NCBI GenBank assembly: GCA_013265495.1
Contig: MU057809.1
Coordinates: forward strand, 1,479,062-1,543,061
Reading direction: 5' to 3'
Origin: Vicugna vicugna
Lineage: Eukaryota
Length of the DNA: 64,000 nucleotides
Shown in pieces: positions 11,935 to 24,565 of the stretch. Position 1 is the stretch's first letter. Each line of letters opens with the position of its first letter. The position numbers and the translations under genes are program-made. The notes under the pieces were generated by a model, which searched no databases, was not told the origin of the DNA, and saw only the letters and a program-made list of their open reading frames with translations.

Positions 11935-14637
11935 GTCCCCAAGCAGCTGGAAGTACCTACCGCCAAGCCCTGATAGCGCAGACTTGCTTCCTAGAAAGAC
12001 AGGGTCGTGGGCGCAGGAACTGCCCGAAACGGCCTGTTCCCTGATATGTCACTTTGTTTCACATGGCGTCAAAAAAGTTGCAGAAAGTTCCTGTGGCTAC
12101 AAGTCGCCTCATCTCCCACGTAGCCCAGCCCTCTAGTGCTTCAAGGCTCACTTATTAAGAAAGCCTGGGGGAAGAATTCTGAAACTCAGTTAAAACAGTA
12201 CCAGCAAGAGCACAGGCACGTTCCCATAGGAACACTAACCCGTGGTGTCAAGCCTTCCTGGAAGGTGACTGGTTCATTCTTCTTTTTTTCTAAAAAGATG
12301 TAACCAACACACAGCACAAGTTGACAGCTGCTTCAGGAAAGCAAAGGAGAAGTCTGGGCACTATTTTATCCCAGAGCTTTACCAAAGCAGCATTCCAAGC
12401 CTGAGAACTTGTGAGCCATGCTTCTACAGCCCTTAAAAAGCACATCCACTGGGTGGCAGGCGGGGGAAGCCCACAGGCAGTGCGGATGCGGACCGTGCCT
12501 CTGCGGGGGATGCAAGTAACCCAGAGTAGCTCCGAAGCCCCAGACATCACAAAAATCAAGCACAACACGTGGATTTTATGTAGGAGCTAGGCAGGTAATG
12601 CCAGCGATTCTTTTTATAGTTGGCATGTTACTCACTTAACCACAGGGTAATTTTCCTCTTAAAACTCCACACTCGCTTGGTTCCAAGGCAGCAGCACCCC
12701 CCCGCCCCCGTGGTGGGTGGCGCTCCTTCCTCTGCACCTGAAGCCCAGCCTCACAGCCGGCTTTGCCTAGCACTCCCTGGTAAGGCTACTAAGACCCAAC
12801 TCTTCTAAACACGTCAGGAGAAAATTCTCTGTAATACGCAGAACCACCTGACGTCAAGAAACGCTGCACTATCAGCATGAACTCCCTCCTCGGAGCTGAG
12901 TCTCCAACTCCATCTTCCGAAGCCAAAAGGATTGAAGGCATTTTCAGGAGAGCACGATGCCCTGCTGCTTTGAAACAGAAACCGGAAGGGAGTAAAAAAT
13001 GATTTATAAGCCAGTGAACCTTTCTGAGTACCCAAGAAGGGCGAAGGGAAAAAGCACGAGAGGAGAGAAGCGGTCATGCTCCCTGTCTGCGCAGAACGAG
13101 CAAATGCCTGGCTCACAGTCGGACAAGAGGAGGCCAAGCGAGGACTCCGCAGAGGGACCCGACTGCCCCGGGAACTGCCTGGCCCTCTGAGGAAGGACAC
13201 TCCTGGCCTGGAGTAACAGTCCGTCGGGACATGGAGATGCCGGCTGCCATTTCGAGAGCACAGTCATGAAGGGCAAAAACTGGTTCCACGTATTCCAGGA
13301 GCTCGGCGCCTGCTGACTTTCCCCGCTCGCACGGCGTGTTGGAGGGCAGTCCGATGGTGAGGAGGACGATAACCAGACAACAAGCAAAGGGTTGTGCAAA
13401 AAACCAGCAGTGGCAAGTCCTGAAGCACCAGGCCAAGTCTCAGACCCCCTGCCCGGCTGCAGGTCTCACGGCCTCCGAGCTGGGCCTCTACAGGGGCCCA
13501 GCATGGACTCCGCCCCGCCCCGCCCCACCACGTTCTGCCTCACGCACGACTGACAGTGAATTCTGGAAACGCTGCCGGTCAGCTCTGCTACTTTCTGCTC
13601 TGGATACCTCAACGGCGCCTCTGCTCACAGGTAATTCTGAGCTGCTCAGTGTGGCCCATGTGGCCACGGTGGCACTGTTGGGTGACCTGCCCCTCCATCC
13701 CCGCCACTCTGCAACCACAGGGCAGCCAGGTGGAGCTGAACCAGCACAGAGGAGAGGGCAGAGGCCAGAAAAGCACGGAGAGCCCCTGCCCCACCCTCCG
13801 TCCTCGGCACTCGGTTCTGGGCCCGTCCAGTCTGTTTATCACTTAAGGTGGGTGGACCCGGGATCTCCGTGACCTGCAGACCAAAGCACGGTGGCTGGCC
13901 TCCCCCGGGGCAGCAGCGCTGCTCGGCCACGCGAGGTCCTGCAGCTCCCTGCCGCCCCTGCAGTCCTGCACCTCGTCCGCAAGGCTCCCTCTGCCGCCTC
14001 CGCCAGCAGCACCCCATTCACTGCTGCCTAATCCAGTTACAGGAGAAACCTGATACTTTTCTTTGTATACAGTTAACGTTGAAGGATACTCAGGAAAAAA
14101 TAGGATGGATGCAAACAGGCTAAATGCACAGAATCTGTTTATAGACCCAGATCCTCAGATGAAGGTGACTAGGCCTTTTGAAATTATCAGACCTTAAAAT
14201 GAAAGGAAAGAATCCTATGGGAACAACTTGGAAGGGTTCAGATTAGCTGCAAGACAGAGATCTGAAAGCATTCGTGACTTGCCAGGCTGGGTCCACATGT
14301 TACAAGCTGGAAAATTGTTTTAAGGAGGCATTAACTTCCTACTATGAGCAAGACCTAGAAAATTCGAACTCCTTGAGTTACACCAATCTTAATATTTTGC
14401 AAATCTTTGATATTCTTTAAACAAAAACATTTATCTAGCCTGAGTGAACTCACTGTGTCCCTTCTTGAACCAGTTAGCGTAATTTGCCTCCGCCATGTGT
14501 TTTTGTTCTTACGTACCAGGATTTAGAGCCACTTCCAGCTTGCCTGCATTTTTACGGAGTTTTAAAGGAAATGCTCCCAAAGGCCGAAATCAGTCATGAA
14601 AACACAGCCATGCAGCCCACAGAGAGGGCCCACTCAC

Positions 14638-14853
14638 CAGCTGGAACTCGCTCCTCCGGCTGAAGGCTTCCCTGATGCCAGAGTCCCTCCAGAGCGCGCT
14701 CAGGGCAGGGACGTACAGCTGAAAGGTGGCCGGCTCCACGGGCAGCCCGGCTTTGTTCTCGAAGGCCATGAGGAACATTCCATGCTTCTCGTTCTCTGAA
14801 TGCTGCCAAGGGATGCCCAGCTTGTCTCGGGCGTCGACAAGGACCCTTGAGCC
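14638..14853 (-). CDS. GNA12: G protein alpha-12 subunit, coding exon 2 (72 codons, helical domain)
   Basis: Acceptor TTTCCTTTACCTCCTAG|GGC and donor CTG|GTGAGT. The 216 nt translate [72 protein letters not shown], in frame with exon 1. Confidence 0.98.
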
Positions 14854-16014
14854 CTAGGAGGTAAAGGAAATGAAGTGAACTGTCACCGCGCTCCAAAGTT
14901 AAATCGCAAGACAGAGCCTCGACAGGGCAGACTGTCACAAAGCAGGGAACTCACGAGCTGTCAGATTTGCAGCCAGGACGTGTCTCAGTTTGTTCTGTCC
15001 CAGTACGAATGCCTCACTCCCAGAACGTGCCGCTCTGAGGCGGGTGGACACACATACCACGTCACTCTCTGCCCTTTGCTGTCACTCATCTGAAAAGGTC
15101 CCCAAAGGGAGGCAACTGAACAAAGTCAGCAAAGTGACATCTGAAAATGAAGCACGAACCACGTCAGTCAAAGAGACCGTGTTTAAAACAATGACAGCCC
15201 CAGAGCCAGCACCGCTGTCATCACCGTAGCCTGGCGGCTCCTCAAGACCGAAGGACACCCTGTTCGTCCCAACTCAACCGGTGGGAGAACAGACCCGGGC
15301 GGCCTGCAGTCACCAGACGGGAGAGACAGAAAGGGGCCCGCCCCCTGAAACAGGAGCCTGGGGTCACACTCTAGATCTGTCTGTGGTGATGAGAAGCCAC
15401 GTTCCATTGTGTTGCTTATTTCCTTGCTACTAAAAATTAAGTTAGGATTTTCGGCCTTTTCCTTACCTCCCTGACGGGGTCAGGGTGATGGGGAAACAGC
15501 CCCAAATGAAACAGTATTTGGGGAAGTGTCCAGGCTGGAAAATACCGTCGTGGTGCTACCTGCTCTCCTGGGCAGGAGGCGGGTCTAGTCCGTCATTCTT
15601 GGCTTAGTGCTTCAAAATCACAACACAGCATCTTAAGGAAGTTTCCAAGTTGCTCCGAGGGACCCGCTGGATTCTCCCTGGCACCGTCAGGACCGGGTGA
15701 GCCAAGGGCAGCGGGGCCCCTCCCTCGCTGGGAAGGCCTTGGCTGGCTCAGAGTGGTCGGCGGACCCTGTCCCCTAGCACAGACAGCACCAGGACATCAC
15801 TGTCCACTTGGCACTTAAAAAAAAAGCTTTGTTGGAGTTTAAGTCACATAACACACCCCCCCCCACGGACAGTGCACAGCTCAGAGGTTTTAGTTGGCAG
15901 TTCTCCTAAAAGCCCCACTTCCAGAACCGGGGCAGAGCAGATGGGTCAGTCCTGCCTTCCTCATCTCTCTGCTGGAGCATCAGTTTGGTACCTCGAACTT
16001 CTGTTTCTGCCTTG

Positions 16015-17349
16015 AACCAAAAGCAATTAAATAAAGGAAGAATAGCCTATTCAATAAATGACGTTGGAGCAATTGGACACCCACAGGCAGAGAAAAAAAG
16101 AAAAAAACAAACTTTGACCTAAACCTCACACCTTTTACAACATTAACTCAAAATGTAAAACTACAGCATAGAAGAAAATCTTTAGGACCTACAGCTTGGT
16201 GGACAGGACGTAGACATGACACAAAACGCATGGCTCATAAAAGAAAAATGTCGATCACTTGGACTTCATCAAAAGGAAAACTTCTGCTCTGCAAAAGGCT
16301 CTTGAGAGGCTGAAAAGGCAAGTGAGGGACTGGTAGAAATTACGTGCCACCCACATATCTGACAAAGGACTCATGTTTAGAATATATAAAGAATGCTCAA
16401 AATTCAACAGGTGAAAAAACAAACAATCCAGTTAGAAAGTGGGCAAGGACATTTAGAGCCGCTTCAGCAGAGCGCTCAGCAGGCAGCGGGCGGATGAAAG
16501 ACAGGATGTGCGAGTTCGCCAGCCATCAGGGCAAAGCCGACCACGGCTTTGCTAAGGCATCGCCACACTCTACTGAAACAGCGAGGACGAAAAGCACGAC
16601 AGCACAGAACGGAGGTGAGGATGCAGGGGTACGCGGTCTCTGACGCACTGCTGGTGGGGATGCCACGGGACAGCCGCTCTGGGAAACAGCTTTCTAGTTT
16701 CTTGTCATGCGACCTACGAATCTCACTCCTGGGCATCTATCCCAGAGAAATGAAAACGTACGTCCACACCCTAACCTGTGCAGGAATGTTCCCAGCAGCG
16801 TTATTCACAATGGCCCCAGACTAGCAACAACCCAGATGTCCTTCAACAGAAACACTGAAGGTTACACTGTGGTACCTCCGTCCCACGGAAAACAAGTCAT
16901 CGATACAAAGGAATGAGTGACTAATGCACACAACTCAGATGGATCTCAGGGAAATGATGCCATCTCAAAGGGTCACGTACTATGTGATTCTGTTTATGTA
17001 TTCTTCAAATGACAAATCAGAGGAATGGAAAACAATTTAGTGGCTTCTAGGAATTAGGGCTGGTAGAGGAAGGAGCGTGGTGTGACTGCAGGGGCTTGGG
17101 GGAGGGAGACCTCTGTGGTGATGGGGCAGCGCTGTCTTGAAAAGCAGCGGCGGTTACACAAAACCACCCAGGCGACAACATGCTGCAGAGTCACACGTAC
17201 ATTGTAGCGATGTCGATCTCCTGGTTTTGACATTGCACTCTAGTCATAAAAAATGTAACCACTGGGGGAGACTAGGAGATACCTCCCTGTGCTATCTCTG
17301 CAATTTCCTGGAACCTGTAATTATTTCAAAATAAAAAGTTAAAAAAAAA
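16015..17349 (+). mobile_element. L1MC/MD-type element, ORF2 end plus 3' UTR and A-tail
   Basis: ORF2 remnants (LLGIYPREMKTYVHT..C..MF.AALFTMA in ORF 16549) and terminal aattatttcaaaataaaaagttaaaaaaaaa. Confidence 0.88.
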
Positions 17350-20300
17350 GATCAACTAGCAATTACTAGCAATGGAACATATGTTCCATTTACATGGTGT
17401 GGAAAGGGAAGGTTACTAGAGGCCAAAGGAAGAGACTGGCAGTAAGGGGTGAGGCTTGGAAAATCCTAACCCGCCATGGCCTCACACTGAGCTTTGAAGT
17501 GCTGGCTAATTTCAGCAAGCAGCAACGGTGGCTCAGCAGCTCTCCCGGGGGACAGACTGACAGACAAGACGGACAAATCCTCACCTCTCCTTCCTCCGTG
17601 CCCCCACTGCCCCCTCAAGCCTGCATCCTCTGAAGACATCACCTCCTGCCCGAAAGGACAGCAGTGAAAATGGTGAAAACGTTCAAGACCCCAGGGAGAC
17701 AAAGATGTTTCATATTCTCCACATCACACACAAGTGTCTGAGCACAGAGACGGGAGAAGACGTTTCTCGGGTGAGATTCTTGCCAAAGGGTCAGGACTTC
17801 AGCCCCCGCCCAGCAGTCAGGTAGCCAGCCCACCTACCATGGGTGACGGCCCTGCCCGCGTGACTCAGATGCAGCAAGTCCGGCCTGACACACGAGCTAG
17901 CTACCTTTTCAGGGCTCTGTTTACACATTAAAGAGGTTCCTTCCCGAAGAGCATCACCTCACCCGTGGGTTAAACTGAGCCTCTGCCCCTTGGGGGTTTC
18001 TGTTGGAGGCGAAGGCAGGGAACCAGACTGGCCTTAGAAGCCTGAGCAGTCGTTGACCAAGACGGCTTTCAATGCTGCACAGACCCAGCCTGCCCTAATT
18101 ATTGGGGTGAACATAGGTTTGGCTTAAAAAAAACCCCAGTGCATCCAAAAGCAGCCTGTGTCCCCACTGCACACCGCCACCTAGGCAAGTTGGAGCCGGT
18201 CCAAATCCACTTCACCCAGACACGAAGAAAAGGCTCCTTATTTCTCTTTAGAAACCCAGGGCAATCGGCAGAGCTGCTGACGAACTCTGGGTTCTACCAG
18301 TTAGCTGTGATCCATCTTCTAGGTCTTATTCACTTCATTTGGAGGAAAAAGGCATCAAGAAAACAGACATCTCTCTTTTGCCCTTATTTTAAATTATTCT
18401 AGTCAAAAACTACTCTCTGCTAACTTTGTTCTGAGTCCCCCAGGCTGAGCTCTAGGGAAGTTTTCTACTCTGGGACGTCTGCTTAAAATCTGAGCCCACT
18501 TTTTCCTTCCTGTTTAGAAAGAGCCCAGGGTCTCTGCAAACTTTATGCTCACCACACTCTGGTGGAAATGACAGCTGTAGAAGGTCCCCGTCAGGCCAGA
18601 GAGCTGCTACATCTTAAAAGTGAGATGCTGATATGGCAGGAAAGCACAGTAATGAAACCCCTTGCCCACGCTCCCCAATAAAGACCAACCTCCCAAACAC
18701 AAAGACCAAGAGAGCCCCAAATCCACATACCCCCAAAGGAAAAGGGAAACCCACCAAGGCCAAAGCAATTTGCCAAGGTCTCGTCAACGGCTACTTAAAA
18801 AAGTGCTTCTTTCACGATAACAGTGCTACCGAGGTATTAATTTTTAAAATAACTGGACATTTTATTCAGCTACTCAAATAAAAACAGTTGAAAGTCCGAA
18901 GCAGATTGATGACTTCACCTCAATACTATGTAACTCTTTAAACCGTTCAAAGAACATATTTTTAAGACAACTTATAAATCCACTAACTTAAACTTCTAGT
19001 CACAGAACAGGTTCCCTGTCTGCTGGGGGTGTAGACTGGGGGGGGGGTTTCGGTTTTACTGGACAAAGACCAAAAATTGCAAATCCTGTTATATCATTTC
19101 AAAATAGATTTTGTTACTTTAGCTCCTAATCAAACCAAATCTTTCTCGATTAGTCATTCCTTACTAAAATCTTCCCACAATAAATACTAAAGCTGAGAGA
19201 AAGAGAGAACGCAAGTAGGAAACTAGCTTCTCTCCAGAACGAAAGTCACGCCGGGAAGGCGCCGGGGCCCTGCGCTCCCCCCGTCAGACAGCAGCGTAGG
19301 TACTCGGGAAGCTCCGTTTGGGTTTTTTTTAAACCCACTAGGCTGAGCTGTTTGCCTTTGGCCACCATCCAAATAAGAGAAATGCTGCCAGAAATGTAAA
19401 CAGGATACATTTCTCTAAGTTAATGAGTCCAGCCAGCAAAGGCAGAGGGCTCCCCCATTTCCTCTCTGAGGCTGGGGCGGGGATACCTTCCAATTCAGAG
19501 GTCGGAGGAAAAGTCAGGAAGGGAAGCAGCAAACAGCAAACCGGCCATAAGGGCGCCATCATTTCTACGACACAAAGCTGGACGGCCTCCTGGTCCAGCG
19601 TCCTGCCCCCACCACACCCCTCCTCTTGGGGGCTCGTGGGGACAAATGCACTGTTCCAACCAGAACAGACCATGCCGCACCACGCCCCTTCTCCAGGAAA
19701 GCCACCTACAGAGCTCTTCCTGCGACTAGACTGAGCTGCCTGGCAGAGAGAAGTGCCAGGTGATGGGGAGAGGCCAGAGGGTGGTCCATGCGGCGCCTGC
19801 TGAGAGCTTCTGAGGCAAGCACAGGAGTGGAGCGGAGCATCCGAAGCGTAGGCCAGAGATAAATACCGTAGTCAGGGGCAGAAGGAAGGCTGCGGGACGG
19901 TCGGAAACGTCACCATCAGTGAGAAAAGTAGGCTAAAGCCAGACTGTGGCGAGCTAAGAGGTCTGGAATGTACTCTGTAGGAAGCAGGGAACAATCAAGG
20001 CTCTGGGAGGAGCAGGCCGAGGTCAGGGCTCGGCCTCCAGACTCGTAGGGAGAGGAGCGAGTGCAGGTGGGGGCGGGCGGCAGTCACGGGGACATGAGGC
20101 TCTCACGTGGGGAGAGGACACAAGGGAAGAGGAGACCTAAAAGCAGACAGCCGGGGATGGCTCGGGAGGGGTGGGATCTGGGTAAGCTACGACAAATTAA
20201 ATTTAATGGGACAAGGGGAAGTCCAAGGCAAAATCTGCAGGAAATAGATGGAACTGTAAGAAAAACTCTGGGTTTGGGAAGTGCATGGAGAAGCAGACTA

Positions 20301-21599
20301 GAACCAATAGCTTTTTTCAGCTGCCTGGAAAAGGCTGGCTAGCCTGAAAGTTTAAAAAAGAAGAAAAAAGAAAAAGGAATTCCACAGCAGTTCAGAACTC
20401 CTGACATGTCCTAAAGGGGAACGTGCAAATCCACGCGAAGTGTCAGAACCTGGCTTGTGAGACCACCTCCTGGAGCCACGTACCGACCGACCTGCCTCTC
20501 GCCCGCTCCTCCAGGCTCCAAGCGCTGGGAGCTCCTTCACTAAACATTTCACTGAATGTTATAAAGACAAACACTGGTCCGAGGGGGAAATGAAGGCTTC
20601 CTATTAAGCACAGAAAACAGTAAAGAAATCTGAGAATAAGTAAATACTAAATATCATTCCGGGGGGGGGGAACCCCGTAAATACTGCAAACGCAAAACAC
20701 GGCTTAATGTGCCAGTTGAGTGCTTTCAAAATTCGAGTCAAGATCCACATTGTGAAATAACTTAGTGAGAAATTTAAAAAATAAAAACACAATGGTAACC
20801 AGCTGAACCATGAACTGTAACGGTAAATGCTCAGAACTGTTCCAGTTAAAACAGGTTGTGGTATGCAGAGGCATACATGCGGATGGGCGGGTCGGGGGGT
20901 GTGTGTGTGAGAGAGAGAGAGCACACGCACGTATCCTGGGTGCTGATGGTAAAACGTGTTCTGTTCTGTTGTTTGCACTGCGGGCTGTAGTCTGAGAGCT
21001 CTGGTCACAGGCGGGCCCTTTCTCGTGCCTCCACCACTTCAGATCTAACAGAACTGGGCTGAGTGTCAAATCCAAACAGTAATGAGCTGCGTTGGGCTTA
21101 GAACCGCTAATAGGGCGGAGCAGCTGTGTGAGGAGGTGTGAGAAAGCTGTGACACTGCTGTCCTTTGGGTAGCATCCCCAGGCTGCTGGTGTGGGTGAAA
21201 CACAGCCATGGGTCGGCATCGGCGTGGAGTGCCAGGTGAGGGCCGGGAACCGCAGCGCTAGTGCATTTTCTACCCTAAAGGCACTGACAGGGCAAGACAG
21301 CCTTTAGACTTGTCCAAAGAGCAGATGCGTGTAGTCTGTGGCGGTGGCCACACCCCAGGAAGCACATGCTGGAGCCCAACTGCTGCCTCCCACTGTGCGA
21401 GCTGGCGCTTGGGGCATGTCGTCGTGGTAAGTGGATGCTCAGGGTCGCAGGCGGGCTGCCTTTCGCAGTCTTTAAATTCTGACGCAGGTGAGCAGATGAA
21501 ACAGTGTATAAAACCCGAGTCCTCCCGACAACCGAAAGGCTGTCCCAAAGACGCTGCAGGATGTGCCACCACTTATCACCCCGAGGACCTGCCGTGCCA

Positions 21600-21730
21600 A
21601 CAGGTGTGTGACGTGCTCACTTCGCTGCACAACAGCATGAGGTGTGCAGTACGGAGCCCATTTCACAGATGAGAAAACTGGAGCTCAGTCACCCAGCCAT
21701 AACTGCAATTCAGTGACCCTAAAGCTAGTG
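21600..21730 (-). mobile_element. MIR SINE fragment
   Basis: MIR core cccatttcacagatgagaaaactg. Confidence 0.7.
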
Positions 21731-22054
21731 TTTTTTCACCTATAGTCTCTTCCTCTGTGGGTGTGTCTGGGGAGATAAGGGAGCAGAGAGGCAGGGGCTG
21801 CCTGCGTCCCACACAGCTGACAGCAGGCACTGAGACGAGGACCATCTGAACTGACCCTTGACAGGCCCAGTGTTCCTGGTATTCTCTAGATTTTTTTTTA
21901 AAAGCAGAAATGAAATCTAGAAGTATGGGGTTATGCTGCATGCCTGGCTAAATTACAGGAAATCAAGTAAATTCAGATTCTACTCTAATCCCTGAAGAGT
22001 AAAAACCCTTGACACACACATGATCCCGGCAGCGCAGACTCAGGAGAGCCCACG

Positions 22055-22346
22055 GCTGCTCTGCCCGGCAGCGTGGTCCCGGCCACCCACGGCCACTGCA
22101 CAGGGGAATGGGGCCAGTCTCAGCTGAGATGTGTTGTAGGTTCATACTGGGTTTCAGAGACTTACTATGAAAAGCAAACGCACTTTATCTCTTAATACTG
22201 ATTACATGTTGAAACTATAACATTTTAGATGTTTTAGGTTATTAAAATACATTATTAAAATTAAATTTCTATTTCTTCTACCTTTCTTAACGTGGCTGAT
22301 TTAAAGTACATACGTGGCTCACACGACGTTTCTTTTGGACAGCACT
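22055..22346. mobile_element. hAT-Charlie MITE (MER33-like)
   Basis: ctgagatgtgttgta...gattacatgttgaaa...tacgtggctcac...ttttggacagcact matches the remembered MER33/MER3 layout. Confidence 0.65.
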
Positions 22347-23869
22347 ACTTACAGGAACGTTACTTAAAATGGAATTTGTTTCTTTCGGATTACAAAAATA
22401 TTTTTAGTGTAGAAAATACAGGAAACATAGAAATGCATAAAAAAGATAATTAAATCCTCAAAAATATCACTATCTAGAAATAACTTGTTAATATCTTAGA
22501 ATGTTACCTGAATCATTCCGTATATAAATTCGCTTTGTGTGTATAAACATTTTCTAAATTTTTCAAAACATTTCTAGCAATGTACCACAAACATTTCCCC
22601 ATGTCATTAAATACTTCAAAATTTCAAGGTCTGTAACTGCTGCACAGCAATCCAACATTAGGACTTGCTAGAATTCAACTGATCCCCTGTCGCTGAACAC
22701 TGAATTGTTTCTGACGCGTGCAAAGTGTGGACACGCCGCCAGGGCCTTCCCGGCGCAGGCAGAGCTCACTCCTCTCCTAGAGCCCTAGGAGCCAAATCAC
22801 GGAGCTGCTGGGTCAAAGCGTAATGCACACGTTTTGAGGAGTTTTACACATTTATATTGGTAACTCTTCATTTTCCTTTAATAATTTCCCCCAAATTCTT
22901 TTTTTAATTGGTCTGTATGCTTTGCTAAAACTGTCCTCTAATAACATTTAACCAGTCACATCCTCAAACCATAGCTTCAAGAGAAATCACAATACTTAGT
23001 AACTGAGAATGAAGTGACTATAGTGTGTGTGTACTGACAACCCAGAGTTAGAAAAAAAATAGAAAATTAACAGACATTTGGTTTCTATATTTGAAATGAG
23101 CTTTGATATAAGTATTCATTTTCCCTCTAAGTCCTATTAATAATAAACATTATAAATAAGGTAAATACATTAATAAAATAAATGAATGATAAATAAAATA
23201 ACAGAGAAAATATTCAGAAAGTGACCATTAATAATAACAACGCTTGAGTCTCCCACGTGTTTAGAAGCCTCTCACTTCCAATGGGAGGGTGAGGATTGGT
23301 CTGCAGTCTAATAAAATAGCTTATGTCCAGACAACGGGGAAAATTTAAAACATTTAGCCTCAGTTCTTAGAAGTTTCCACATCAGGAGAGCCTTGAAGTT
23401 GATGGGAGAATTACCAGCAATTTGTGTCTATAATCAGACATCCCTTGAAGTAATGAGGGCTTGAGGTAAGGTGTGCGAGGTGGGGAACAGCCAATGTTCT
23501 CGCCCCTCCCGTCTGAAACCACCTGATGGAGAGTCTGCAGCTGGCTCTAAGACTGACTGGAGAGCAGGTAAAAGAAGACCAAATTCCTACTGCAGAATTC
23601 AGTTACTCTGCCACGCAATAAAACTCAACGGTAACACGAACAGCACCAAAACGCACCGGACGTGTCCAAGAGCCAAGTGTCAGCGTTAGGTCGCCTGCAC
23701 CACAGCACTTGAAGCAAATCCAGTCTTCGGTGTTAAACGGAACTGGTGAGAACAGACGGGCGAGGGCGGCTCCTCAGCCCACAGGCCTCCGGCAGCCAGC
23801 CGAGCAGCCTGCGGGGAGGGGCAGCGAACGCCACCCTCTCCCGTCGCCAGCCGGCAGCAAAGGCCGGGC

Positions 23870-24565
23870 GCTACCTTCAAACTGCCTGGAACTTGACCGC
23901 TTCCTGCCACTCCCATGGCTGCGGCTTTGGTCCAGCCACCGTCACCTCTCACCTGGATTACTGCATGTCTTCTAACTGGTCTCCTACTGTCTACATTTGT
24001 CCCCGTCGGTCTGTTCTCAGAGTAAGTCAGGTCACAGCACTCTGCCCAAACCCTGCCAGGGCCCCCATCTTTCAGAGGAAAGGCCCAGGCCCTTACAGAA
24101 GTCCAGAAGGCCTGGCCTGGCCCCGTTACCTCTCTGACCCCATTTCCTCCTCCTCCTCTCCCTTGCCTGCTCCACGCCAGTCACACGGCCGCCTGCTTCT
24201 GCCTCGGGGCCTTGGCACTTCTGGTTCTCGATGCCTGAAACCCTTGTGCCCTAGATCTCCACACGACTCACTCCTGTCTCCTGTGGGTCTCTCCTCAGTG
24301 TCAGCTTAGCAAGGCCATCCCTGGCCATCTTGTCCACCACCTTCTCCCACCCCATGCCAACCCGTCCCATCCTTTCCCGGCTTTCTGTCTCTCCCCAGCA
24401 CTTACCGCTAACGTGGCCAACAGTTCACCCATTTATCTCGTTCATCACATTTCTCCTCTCACTGGAACAGGAGGCCCCTGAGGGCAGGCTCCTTCCTCTG
24501 TCCTGCTCACGCCCACATTCCCAGGGCCCACACACAGATGACCCACACTTGTCAACAGATGAACG
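23870..24565 (+). mobile_element. LINE-2 3' fragment
   Basis: gtccagccaccgtcacctctcacctggattactgc...ctaactggtctcct is typical of L2, followed by decayed pyrimidine-rich L2 3' sequence. Confidence 0.75.

Larger units (their letters stand above)
1..14637 (-). other. GNA12: GNA12 intron 2 (partial, runs off the window start)
   Basis: Starts at GTGAGT after exon 2. I did not find sequence encoding the expected next G-alpha12 segment (GESVKYFLDNL...) in the window. Confidence 0.8.
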
